In this document: one piece after another, positions 11,971-22,601 of the stretch | Position numbering within the stretch: position 1 is the first letter of the stretch | Layout of the letters: every line of letters starts with the position of its first letter | DNA from: Nemertoderma westbladi | Taxonomy: Eukaryota; Animalia; Xenacoelomorpha | Assembly (NCBI GenBank): GCA_032718475.1 | Contig: JAUCBJ010001423.1 | Span: 1 to 52,000, forward strand | DNA length: 52,000 bases | Direction of reading: 5' to 3' | Position numbers and translations under genes: made by a program | Notes under the pieces: model-generated | Told to the model about the DNA's origin: nothing | What the model saw: the letters and a program-made list of their open reading frames with translations, nothing else | Databases searched by the model: none

Positions 11971-12812
11971 ACAGTGTGTGATCCTACATTTATTTGTAAG
12001 TTCAATACGATTTTAAATTATTCCAGAGCCCACCAGAAGCCCACGGACGTTAACTATGTGCGGATGTGTGTGGATTTCATCTATTAGAGTTTATATTTTA
12101 AATATTATTTACATCAGAGGCTGGCAATACAAGGTACAGTAGGAGGAGTGTAATCTTCCATCGATATCCATACCTCAATGTAATGAACTGAACACTACGC
12201 AAACTTTAGGCTGGAGTCTAGTCCGTTCTATACATCTTAATGATTGACAGGATAGAGAGTAGACCAGCACAAGCATAGTCTGAGTCAGTCCACCTTCCAG
12301 ACATCAAAGTAAGCGCCGATTTCCAAGTAAATTCCTAATGAAATCCAAGTCAAATCCTAAGTGCCTCCAAGTCTGGAATTTGGGCTAAATTTCATTTCCA
12401 ATTAAATCCTAACTCCAATAGTAGTGAATCAGTGACTTGGATCCTAATAGGATCCTATTAGGAACCAATACGACGTTATTTGAAAGCGGTACTGTAGTTA
12501 CTATTTTTTAAAATACTAGCTATTAAAAAATAATATTACTAACAAATAATAAATATCAATATTTTATTTTACGAATAAAGTGTCTGTAGCTATCATTAAA
12601 AATCTAGATACATCAATTTCAATAAGTAAATAATTATTTGTGTTGATCACCCTGGAGATGGGTGAAATTGATTGCGTCGTTTATATTTAATATTCAGAAT
12701 TTATATTTCATCTTATGATTTCATTTCAACAATAAATATTTTTCAAAATTCATGTGATGTGGTGATTTGAATGGACGATTTAAAACGGATGAAATTTTCT
12801 CAGATAGATGGT

Positions 12813-13290
12813 CGCTTATTGTTTTGGTTAGAAAATCACGCCTCTGTAACCTGCTCCTTTCCCTCAATTAGTTAAGTGATCGTTTATTGTTTTGGTTAGA
12901 AAATCCCGCATCTGTAACCTGCTCCTTTCCCTCAATTAGTTAAGTGATCGTTTATTGTTTTGGTTAGAAAATCCCGCCTCTGTAGCCTTCTCCTTTCTCT
13001 CAATTGGAAATGTTATCGTTTATTGTTTTGGTTAGAAAAGACCATCTATGTAACCTGCTCCTTTCCTTCATTTGGAAAAGTGATTGTTTATTGTTTTGGT
13101 TAGAAAATCCCGTCTCTGTAACCTGCTCCTTTCCCTGATTTGGTAAAGTGACCGTTTATTGTTTTGGTTAGAAAGGCTAGCCTCTGTAACCTGCTCCTTT
13201 CCTTCATTTGGTAAAGTGACTTAGATTAATTATCAAATCCGATGATTAGAAAATCCGGTCTTAACCTGCTCCTTTCCATCAATTGGTAAT
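12813..13290. repeat. 68-bp minisatellite, about 7 copies
   Basis: Unit CGTTTATTGTTTTGGTTAGAAAATCCCGCCTCTGTAACCTGCTCCTTTCCCTCAATTAGTTAAGTGAT starts at 12813, 12881, 12949, 13017, about 13085 and about 13153, then decays. Confidence 0.95.
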
Positions 13291-15351
13291 TGTTTTTGGC
13301 TATAAAGTGCGTGTTTTGCTACGTCATGTGGTAATCGATTATCGACAACAACCACAAACTATTAAATTTAGAGTCTTTTACCTCAGGCGCATATGGAAAT
13401 CTATCTCATAGTCTATAAATCATGGAATTTTGAATGTTTTGGCACAGGCATAGTGAAACCAACTGTCCGACAGACCAGAAATCAACAAATTTTGAATGTT
13501 TTGGCAAAGGCATGTTGAAATCAACTGTCTGACAGTCCAGAAATCAGCAGTCTGACAGTTTGAAGAAATGCATACCTGAATACATAAAAAGTAATTAAAG
13601 GACAACAAAAGTCATTAAAGGGAGAACAAAAGTCATTATGCACAATTCGTAAAAAAAGGAGGACAAAAAAAGTCAAATAAAAGGACATAAAAAATCACTG
13701 CCGTTTCTTAACACTAATTTGCATATTAGGACTACAATTGTAGTCACCGTACCTTTCCACGGTGAAAATGTTGATAGGTGAATGAAGGTTGTCAAAAATA
13801 CTTGAAACGCCATCGAGCTGTTCAATATATATCAAACTTTCATTTAATCCATTCCTTACACAATATTTAAATACGAAGCGCTGAAAAAACGTGGTTTTAC
13901 CTCTATTGCATACTTAGACTACAAATGTAGTCATGAATATTCCTTATGAATCTAGTTAAATTTTCCTCTAAATCTGTTCAGTGATTAGATTTCATGTACT
14001 CTAGGCTAGCTGGCTGGCTGGGGCAAAAGGCTAGAGACAACACAAATTAATGATATAAAGAGTGCGTTTTACACTAAACTTTACCATATATAGTGGGATG
14101 GCTGATAGCTGGGCAGCTCTTATTGCTGGTACTGAGCTGTGTTGAGTAGCCAATTGAATTACTCTACAGAAGCATAACTATATTGAGTCACACTAAGGTG
14201 ATTTATATTTGGAAACAATTCCATTATAAAACAGAGTATCAGGTACTGGTAATAGACGTATTCGTACTCTGTATTATATTTTTCTTTGTTTCCAACGATT
14301 TTATTTTTGTGAATATTATATTTTATGATACAGTACACGTTTAGTTTCGCATCCAAATATGGCCGCTTACAACTCTGCATTAGCACACCAACTGTTTGGA
14401 GAAATTGATTCTGAACCATTAATGTCACAACAGCTGAGAAATTTGCATCAGGTAGATCTAGATATGTTTGAAGACGAAGAGGACAATTGTGATGGAGATT
14501 GTGAAGCTCTTGGTGAGGGTGGCCCTAATAGCATTGATGATGATTCTGTGACTGTTTTGAGTGACAGTTACTATGAACTTACTGAGGAATCGAGGGATTC
14601 GGATGGAAGTGACAACCTACTGACAGCCTACAACACGGGATATGGATCAGATTCCTCTGATGAAACCATAATGGCTGTTGATGATGCCACATATCGATCA
14701 AAAGATGGAACAGTTTATTCAGATATAGAGCCTGCTCCAGTTCGACGGCAACAAGCAGATGTCATTCGATTTTTCAGCAACTGTTTTGAACAAACCGAAA
14801 TCGGAAATTGATGGTTTCATGCAATTCATGACCAGGGAAATTTTATACATTGTTCTTCGTCCGACAAATAAAAAGGGAAAGATACTAGCCAGGGTAAAGT
14901 CTCGCAAGTTTAGACAATTTTCATTTGGTGAAATGAAGGCTTGTATAGGAATACTGATCATGGCGGGTGTATACCGTAGTTGTCACCAAACAGTTAGAGA
15001 TTTGTGGCACCCAATTCATGGCCCACCGTTTTTTAAGGCAGCCATGGCTATAAGCCGATTCTACCTGTTTCTGGAGTGCCTCCGTTTCGATGACAAATCA
15101 ACCCGAGATCAGAGGAAATCGGCAGATAACGATAAATTTGCGGCCATTAGACAGGTTTGGGAAATGCTGCAAGAACAACTGAAAAAAATATCATCCCAGA
15201 AGCTCATCTTACTGTTGATGAGCAATTACTTGGATTTAGAGGTCGAGTTCCAGGGAGGGCTTATATGCCACAAAAACCAAAGAAATTCGGCACTAAGATC
15301 TTCTGGTTATGTGAAGCTTCTTCCGGATTTGCATTGCGAGGATTCGTTTAT

Positions 15352-16912
15352 TATTATTATTATTATTGTTTATTCCGGGCTAAGCAACGCCCATATTACA
15401 ATGCAGGAGATAAATTGCACAATGCACCACACGTGAATATTAAAAAGAAAAATAGTTATTATTGTTGTATAATATAAATTAATGAAAGTGTATTACAAAA
15501 AGAAAGATTAAATATTGTGATTTAATTGACGTTAAATTCTGCGATAGGTAGCAAAGAGTTCTGAGGTATCAAGGGTATTATAATAAACTGCACAGGTAAT
15601 ATATGACGGTGAATTCATGACTCGCTTAAATAAACTGTGAATTGAAAAACGCCTAATGTGTAAAGGGGAGTTAATACGTAGATTGGTAAGCATACCACTG
15701 GCACTGCAATCATATGGGAAACCAAATAATTTTCTAACAGCATTATTATAAGCCACCGTTAGTTTAGTTAAGATCGAATTGAGAAAATATTTATCGCACC
15801 AAAGTGAATTGCAATAGAAAGAAGTACAAAAACTACGAAAGAGTACAAGTTTAACTTCCTTAGAGCAGTGTGAAAACTTTCTCAGTAACAGGTTAGATCT
15901 GGCATAAAAGCCACGTAATTGGTTATTTATATCAGCGTCATCGGAAAAGTCAGATGATATAATATGACCAAGGTATTTCGTCGAGCTAACTACAGAAATT
16001 GTACAGTTATCCATGAACATGTGTCCGTCAAAAACAGAATTCATATACTTGCTTTGCATATAGATGCATTTTGATTTCTTGGGGTTAAATAATATTTCGT
16101 GATTCTTTGCGTACAAACAGCAAATGTTAATCATATCTTGTAGAGCCGCAGGAGATGTGGATATTAGACAAATGTCATCAGCGTAAATCAAATGATTAAT
16201 GCAATGACCACCAAGACTAATACCACTTGGATTACTAATTAAATCATAGCTGAGATTGTCGATATAAATATTAAATAGACATGGAGACAAAATGCCACCC
16301 TGTTTTACACCATTGCTTACTGTGAAACCGTTTGATATATAATTATCCCAAAGCACCTGAACTGTTTGTTCGCTGTACCAGAACATTATGGCCCGTAGAA
16401 TAAATAATGGAATTTTCTTATTACGCAGTTTCTGGAATAGTTTTCCGTGAGAAACACGGTCAAATGCTTTAGATGCATCCAGGAAACAAATATATACATT
16501 TGATCCTTTTAACAGAAAGTGATTAATCACTTCTTTAAGGGTATATATACAAATTTCAGTACCTAATTTTGGTTTAAAACCAAATAAGTATTCACTAGTG
16601 GATAAACATGTAATAATTCTTTGTAGCACAATAGATTCTAATACCTTGAAAATAACTTTGGAGACAGAAATCGGCCGATAGTTGCCCTTATCTGAGGCTG
16701 AGGCATTATTATCTTTGATAATGGGGGTTAACACTGAAGACAATAAGCATGTTGGAAAATAACCATGAATGAAACAAGATGAGAATAATAATGCCAGTAA
16801 ATTGCACAATATAACTAGTGGGGCACATTTTAAGTGCTCTGCTGATAAGTTATCTAGACCTGGAGACTTATTTGACTTTAAGCCCTCAATAGCAGTGAAA
16901 ACCTCGGCAAAT
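15352..16912 (-). mobile_element. 5'-truncated non-LTR retrotransposon (LINE; RTE-X-like, clade uncertain)
   Basis: (ATA)n tail at about 15352-15367, 6-bp TSD GTTTAT at 15346-51 and 16913-18, RT ORF on the minus strand. Confidence 0.9.
15532..16911 (-). CDS. Reverse transcriptase domain of LINE ORF2 (N-terminally truncated, frame open)
   Basis: KSPGLDNL, NYRPIS, FLDASKAFDRV, GVKQGGILSP, YADD and KYLG motifs. Confidence 0.93.
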   Translation of the reverse strand, partial: FAEVFTAIEGLKSNKSPGLDNLSAEHLKCAPLVILCNLLALLFSSCFIHGYFPTCLLSSVLTPIIKDNNASASDKGNYRPISVSKVIFKVLESIVLQRIITCLSTSEYLFGFKPKLGTEICIYTLKEVINHFLLKGSNVYICFLDASKAFDRVSHGKLFQKLRNKKIPLFILRAIMFWYSEQTVQVLWDNYISNGFTVSNGVKQGGILSPCLFNIYIDNLSYDLISNPSGISLGGHCINHLIYADDICLISTSPAALQDMINICCLYAKNHEILFNPKKSKCIYMQSKYMNSVFDGHMFMDNCTISVVSSTKYLGHIISSDFSDDADINNQLRGFYARSNLLLRKFSHCSKEVKLVLFRSFCTSFYCNSLWCDKYFLNSILTKLTVAYNNAVRKLFGFPYDCSASGMLTNLRINSPLHIRRFSIHSLFKRVMNSPSYITCAVYYNTLDTSELFATYRRI

Positions 16913-19900
16913 GTTTATGGGGGTAAGGAGGGAGATTCAGTCCATGTGGGCTTAGCCACTGACGTTGTGATGTTATTAACCATCCCCTACCATGGCACTG
17001 GCAGAAACATCACAACGGACAATTATTTCACCTCGCTTGAGCTCGGACAGCGTCTGAAGAAGGTAGACATGACGCTTCATGGAACTATGAAGGCAAACCG
17101 ACGTGAGATACCTGCTGAGCTCAATACGTTGAAAGGTCGTGAATTAAATTCTAGCATGTTCGCCTACAACAACGAGTTCAACGTACTCTTGTGCTCATAC
17201 AAAGCCAAAAAAAAACAAGATAGTAAATTTGCTAAGTAGCAGCCATAATCGATTTGAGGTTGATGATAATGCTAAGAAGACACCTAAGGTTGTTGAAGAT
17301 TACAATATGACTAAGTATGGCGTCGACATTATGGATGGGAGGATTAGCCACTTCACGTGCAAACGAAAGACCAATCGTTGGCCTGTTGTCATATTTATGA
17401 ACATGATTGACATCGCTGCTCTAAACGGATTTCTCCTTCTAGATAAGGTTGGATATGAGGATTCCCGTAGCTCATTCCTAAAGACACTGGCGCTTACGCT
17501 TGCAGATGAAGAGCTAAAGAGACGAGTATATCTTGATTGTACTCCTGTTATATCTCGACAAGCAGCTCTAATGCTCGGTTACCAACGAAAAGTAGCTATT
17601 GGATCGATATCATCTGGTCCACGAAAGTGTAAACTGTGCAGTGGTGCCAAAGGTCGTTCATCTACTCGAGATCGCTGTAATACTTGCAAGAATCCAGTTT
17701 GTAAAACCCATTCAACTGTCCAAAGACAGGTTATATGTCAAAAATGTCAATCTTCTCACTCATAGTGAGTCAGTGACTGCTGGTTGAGTTCATTGATATT
17801 ATCCATGCCTAATGTTTTATGATTTTATAGAGTTTATTTTTTGCATTGGTCTGTTGGTATCGTTTACCGGTAGTGTGTTGGTTTAGTTTTCTGCTGAACA
17901 TTTAGCAGATGCAATACAATTGAATAGCTATGGTGAGCAGATTAGTATTTTTCTATTCATACTGTATTACTAACAAACACTGACTAACCACTACATGTAA
18001 CTGAACAAACACACACTCTTGGGAATTTAATAGTTCGGAAAAGTTCGAGATGTTAAAAAAATTGTTGGACACATAGACTGACAGACTGACTGAAAATCAC
18101 ACATACTAATTATTATACCATCCATTTTTTATGTACATAAGTAATTTCTAGCAATATACTGTTGTCTCCCCTAAATCCCGTAATAAATTCTATATATCAT
18201 AATTTCCGTACTAAAAGTGTTGTTTATTTTTTACGCAAATTGTGTTATATTGTACGCAAATTGTGTTATATTGTACGGAAATTTGTAGCATTTTTGAAAT
18301 CGTCAAGTTGTATTAATTCTAGAATATTAGCTACAGCATTGTTACATAAATTATACTCTTCTAAGGTAAGGATTCCCTATAAACATTATGAAATTGGCCT
18401 ACAATCATTCTAGCAAATTTAACTTTCCCGTTTTATTTAGCGCAATGTAAGCTACTATACTATATCGAGTACTAAGCCATCATATTTAATTTTAAAGTTG
18501 TTCTGATAAGTTCGACACAGTTGTGACTTGTGGAATGATATCGGGGAAACTTTGAAATATAGTAAGGCAGTAGGAACTCCCTTTTTCGGTGGGTGGGAGA
18601 GATTGACTTTTTCACTTACAGTACTTTGCAAGCGTTTGCAAATAGGGCCTCCTTACTATTACACCCTTTATACATCAAGAACTATTCGTATTTTTATGCT
18701 GCTTAGTTGGTGCCACTGGAAAGGCGGCGTACAAGAATACCGAGTATGTAAAGAAAGAGCAGGCTGATTTGACTGGCATATTACAGAAAATAAGAAAAAC
18801 AAATTTTTCAAATTTTTTTTAAAATTTGGCGGTATGGAATGGGCACAACGGTGATTTAAAAAAAAAATTGTTTTCCATGTATTTAAATATTGGCTAAAAT
18901 ATGGGACAGATCTCATTCGATTCTGACCATGTTACTTTTTTGGCCAATTTGGCCACCTCTGGCCCACTGTGCATTAGTTGCATTTCCTCCGATGCTTTGT
19001 GTGGTCGTTTATTTACTTAATATTGTTCCGTATTATAGGCCGCAACGCTGTAAAGAGGTACTGTACTTTGCTGCGTTGCGAAGATTCAACAAAACGCTGA
19101 TAAGTTGTCATAATTATATAACAAAATAAATAATATGTTCTAGAATGTTTTGTATGTTAAATCAAGGCCATCGTAATACAATGATACTACTACTACTAGG
19201 ATCGGCATACTGCATTGCAGCTGCATTTTCAAGAATGCTGTGCCGGCCTGTCGACAAAATCGCGCCACCAGAACTCCCTATCACGCAATGTCCTGCAAAG
19301 CGGAGGCGGCGTTGTTACTAGTGTCAAGCTTGGGGGAACCAATGCGACACCTTCAATGTTAATACGATGATGGCCTTTGTTAATTAGTCCGATGACAAAA
19401 AAAGTAAATTTTCTTTGACCGTTAGGCCACGGATTACGCACAAAGTCTGACGACTTATTTCCAGTGCGGTCCACCCAGAACTTTACTCCCCAGAGGAAAT
19501 TCAAGTACTCATTTATCTACCACTTAAGCATGCAAGGCAGACGAGAGATGTGAATTCAATGCAACCACTATACCAAGGTGGGACCTAAGGGGGCAGAGGT
19601 ATGAGAATGAAAATGGTGGGAATGGGCGTCGCCTGAGTCCTGAGTGCCTTGGGGTGAGTTTAATAAAACGGTAGATCAATCTCTTAGAAACCCTAACCTG
19701 ACCATTCTGTCAAATTTACTTCAGCTGGGTCACAGAATGTTGAATAATCTAACTATAATGTCCTCCTGTACCACCACATATTAAGTAAAAACCACCATGA
19801 GTGGGTCAGATTCACAGCCTGACTTCAGTGGACCCGTGCCGTGAAATATGTCTTCCGCCAGTGAAGAAAAGAGCCACAATGAGTAATAATTCAATTAAAC

Positions 19901-20178
19901 TGATGAGTCAGTCACCTGCTCGCAGTCGCAATATTGAGGGAGGAAATTTTATAACATCATCAATGGTCAGTCAATTTACATAGAGAAATTATTTAAAACG
20001 TTTAAATTACCTTTATTACTTATGATTATTTCCCGCTAAAATATTGAGTTTTCTAAACAGAGTCCATAATAAATACCGTTGTTTATATTATCCCCCAAAA
20101 ATTCCATGCCCCATTTTCTTTACTCTCCCCCAAACAAAACCCTTTTAGAATTGTTAACCTTCTCAGGGAGACAACACA

Positions 20179-20356
20179 TTTATTGAACTGTTATTTGTTA
20201 TTTTGTACGGATATTTTGTACGAGTAACTATTATTTCGTCCTCGGACGTGTTATAAGTCCTCGGCTTCGCCTCGGACGTTATAACAGCCCTTGGACGAAA
20301 TAATAGTTACTCGTACAAAATATCCGTACAAAATAAACAAATAACAGTTCAATAAA
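20179..20356. repeat. 178-bp palindromic MITE-like element (Crypton-like core CCTCGGCTTCGCCTCGG)
   Basis: Near-perfect inverted arms TTTATTGAACTGTTATTTG... / ...CAAATAACAGTTCAATAAA. Confidence 0.75.
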
Positions 20357-20818
20357 GATAGATATAATTATTAAATATGTCAAATTGTAAGACTAAACTC
20401 TCCAAAATATGTTAAAATTTAACTAGAATCAATTGACTACACTACAATTGTAGTCCCATAGTGCAATAATGTAAAAAAAATTTATCATGCAAATTAGTGT
20501 TAATACTGTAATAATGTAGAGTACCTGGTGCCTGGCCTGGTACCGGTAGCTGTATACAGCAGTACAGGTATATACTGCAGTATCGGTACTGGCTGACTTG
20601 ACTGGCTGAAAATTATGTTCTAGAACAAATATTTTTTGTTCTAGAACATTTTTTAGAACAAATCTGGATTCGATTTAAAACACATGGAATCGTCCTAAAA
20701 CGTGTTTAAAATCAATATAAAAAATTGTGAAAAAAAAAATATTGTGAAAAAATTTAAATTGGAAAAAATGTTGAAAATTTGTTTTTATTGATTTTAAACA
20801 CGTTTTAGGACGATTCCA

Positions 20819-21551
20819 TGGTCCTACTAAAAACCGCAATTTACCGCAACTTACCGCAATTTACCGCAACTTACCGCAACTAACCGCAATTTACCGCAAC
20901 TAGTTGTTATTTTCAAGCAGCTGCATGGTAGTGCAGTAATGGCGAAATTCCTGGGCATCCAATTAGGAGGCCCCCCTGTTCGATCCCTTGCTGCCTTGAC
21001 CGTGTAGAACTGTTTTCTGTCAGTGCTGTGTATTAAAAACGGTCCTACGAATTACCCAAACCAAAATACCCCGAAATACTTGTTTTTCACTCACGTTTAT
21101 TGTTTTGGTTAGAAAAACTTGCCACTGTAACCTGCTCCTTTCCGTCGCCGTTTCTAAACATTGTTGGCTTATTTCGGGGTAGGCCTACCGGTAATACTGT
21201 AATAGTTTAGCCTTTTTGTGGTATTTTGTGACTATTTTGGGGTAGGCCTAATTCGTAGGACCCTCTAACAGTCTAATGTTAACATTATTGGTTTTATATT
21301 GATCACATTACTGCATTACAGCATTAAATTATGAATTTTGTCGTTTTTAAAACTCTGCAAAAACAGCGTTGCCTGTTCCAGGGATCTAACCAGGGCCTCC
21401 TACGTGGAAGCCTAAGGTTGTCACCACTAGACCATGAGGCTGCTTAAAAATGACAATTAGTTGCGGTAAATTGCGGTTAGTTGCGGTAAATTGCGGTAAG
21501 TTGCGGTAAATTGCGGTAAGTTGCGGTAAATTGCGGTTTTTAGTAGGACCC
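20819..21551. mobile_element. TIR element with (ACCGCAA[T/C]TT)n decamer arms, same type as 1760-3566; contains a smaller relative at 21040-21263
   Basis: GGTCCTACTAAAAACCGCAAT / ATTGCGGTTTTTAGTAGGACC. TSD CGATTCCA / CGATCCCA. Inner GGTCCTACGAATTA...TAATTCGTAGGACC. Confidence 0.85.
21370..21440 (-). pseudogene. tRNA-like (Gly-TCC-like) degenerate sequence inside a transposon arm
   Basis: Minus strand GCCTCATGGTCTAGTGG...CTTCCAC...GGTTAGATCCC...AGGCA: A-box, B-box-like motif and partial acceptor stem. The copy at 29959-30029 has B-box GGTTCGATCC. Stems are imperfect. Confidence 0.45.
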
Positions 21552-21953
21552 CGATCCCATGCGTTTTAAATCGAATTCATATTTTTTTCTAAAAAATGTT
21601 CTAGAACAAAAAATATTTCTTCTAGAACATACTTTTTTTAAAAAATGAATAGCTAACATGTTCTGGAATATTTCCTATATAAATAGAAAAAAGAACTAGC
21701 TACTATAAAATATTTATAGAAGGAAGTAGGATATCGGAACCAGTGTTGAAATTACTAGCTAAACCTACCTAAAACACTAGCTAGGTACCATAACTTTTTT
21801 ATTTTGCTTAAACGAGGAGGCTTCAATTACGTCCAAACCAAATTGCAATAAATGAAAATTTATAGAACTCTCCTCATGCCTGCACACACACAGTACAGCA
21901 GTACGCTACCGGTTATAATCCAGCCTCCATAAAGGTAATCCAGGTACTAGAGG

Positions 21954-22170
21954 TTGGAAGATAAATCCTCTGGTGCCGATATAATAAAAGACCCAACAGA
22001 CTCTATAATCATCAAGAAAGAAACAACAGACTCAATAATTATCAAGAAAGAACCAACAGACTGTGTTCCCTATTCTCGTGAAGTTAAACAAGATAACTGC
22101 ATTTACAGATCGTCTCCCATCGAAGATCACAACAATTTGTTCGGTGGAGATGTTGTCCCTTTAGTAGATA
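21954..22170 (+). pseudogene. Third, truncated copy of the zinc-finger gene (N-terminal IKKE repeat region only)
   Basis: EDKSSGADII...IIIKKEPTDCVPYSREVKQDNC. Upstream 21284-21953 matches 29873-30514. The acceptor and ATG are deleted and there are no fingers. Confidence 0.88.
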
Positions 22171-22503
22171 ACGCAGATACAGTATTGTGATTAAAGATAT
22201 AGTTGTTGAGCGTATTGAAAGTCCTTTTTTATCAAGTCTAATTGATGTAAAACTTGAGTATGTCTTGTCGCACCCTGAAGACGGCTTGTCGCTTATTAAA
22301 TAATTTAATCAAATGTAGTAGTATTTTCCCTAGGAAAAACAAGTATTTTTTTTTCCTTTTCTAAAATTTTATTGGCCAATGTGTCATTTTCACTAAGTGG
22401 TCCTCATGTTTGTACATGTTCTGTGTTTATAACTTTTTCTTTCACACGACTTTGCATGATATGCCACTTTTGGTGAAGTTAGACCTGTGGTGCGCCGCAA
22501 TAA

Positions 22504-22601
22504 TATAGGAGTAGCGCCCACCCCTACCCTCGGGTAGCAGCTATCGAAAGAGGAGTCTTCGGGTCGCCTCCGGCTTCGGCCGACTGTTTGCTTTGTTTGC
22601 T
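22504..22601 (+). mobile_element. 5'-truncated SINE/LINE 3' end
   Basis: Flanked by 13-bp TSD TGCGCCGCAATAA (22491-22503, 22602-22614), with a short GTTTGCTT repeat tail. A related sequence lies at about 43958-44007. Confidence 0.75.

Larger units (their letters stand above)
9278..12494. mobile_element. Tc1/mariner-superfamily-like non-autonomous element (3.2 kb with nested inserts)
   Basis: TIRs CAGTAACGCTTTCAAATAACGTC / GACGTTATTTGAAAGCGGTACTG with CCTAATAGGA subterminal repeats. TA TSD at 9276-77 and 12495-96. The empty site with a single TA is at 45396-97 in copy B. Confidence 0.9.
1..12807 (+). repeat. Segmental duplication, copy A (zinc-finger gene unit; runs off the window start)
   Basis: Collinear near-identical blocks: 1-140=24286-24420; 141-1155 matches 25071-28596 (minus insertions); 4737-7160 matches 30511-32607; about 8270-9180 matches 32705-33620; 9180-9277 plus 12495-12807 matches 45300-45710. 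Confidence 0.92.
14359..17765 (+). pseudogene. piggyBac (PGBD-type) DDD transposase, frameshifted and split by a LINE
   Basis: Acidic N-terminus; motifs RFDDKSTR, LTVDEQL, YMPQKPKKFGTK, ITTDNYFTS, YNMTKYGVDIMD, RKTNRWP; C-terminal Cys-rich domain. Frameshifts near 14770, 15185 and 17215. Confidence 0.92.
13712..20499 (+). mobile_element. Full-length piggyBac transposon (disrupted)
   Basis: TTAA at 13708-11 and 20500-03. 13-bp TIR CACTAATTTGCAT / ATGCAAATTAGTG. Subterminal palindrome (G)ACTACAATTGTAGTC at about 13730, 13917 (variant) and 20441. Internal transposase present. Confidence 0.93.
20614..21630. mobile_element. AT-rich foldback element interrupted by the 20819-21551 insertion
   Basis: Inverted arms (TGTTCTAGAACA repeats; ATTCGATTTAAAAC.CATGG / CCATG.GTTTTAAATCGAAT). 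The right arm resumes after the insertion. Confidence 0.65.

Noticed and set aside
12813-13290. CRISPR-like array
   Set aside because: Whole units repeat with no unique spacers, there are no cas genes and the context is eukaryotic.
18760-18971. Complete Transib element
   Set aside because: Only one CACAGTG-type end was found, with no partner TIR or 5-bp TSD.
21370-21440. Functional tRNA-Gly gene
   Set aside because: The acceptor and anticodon stems are mismatched and it is embedded in a TE arm; kept only as tRNA-like.
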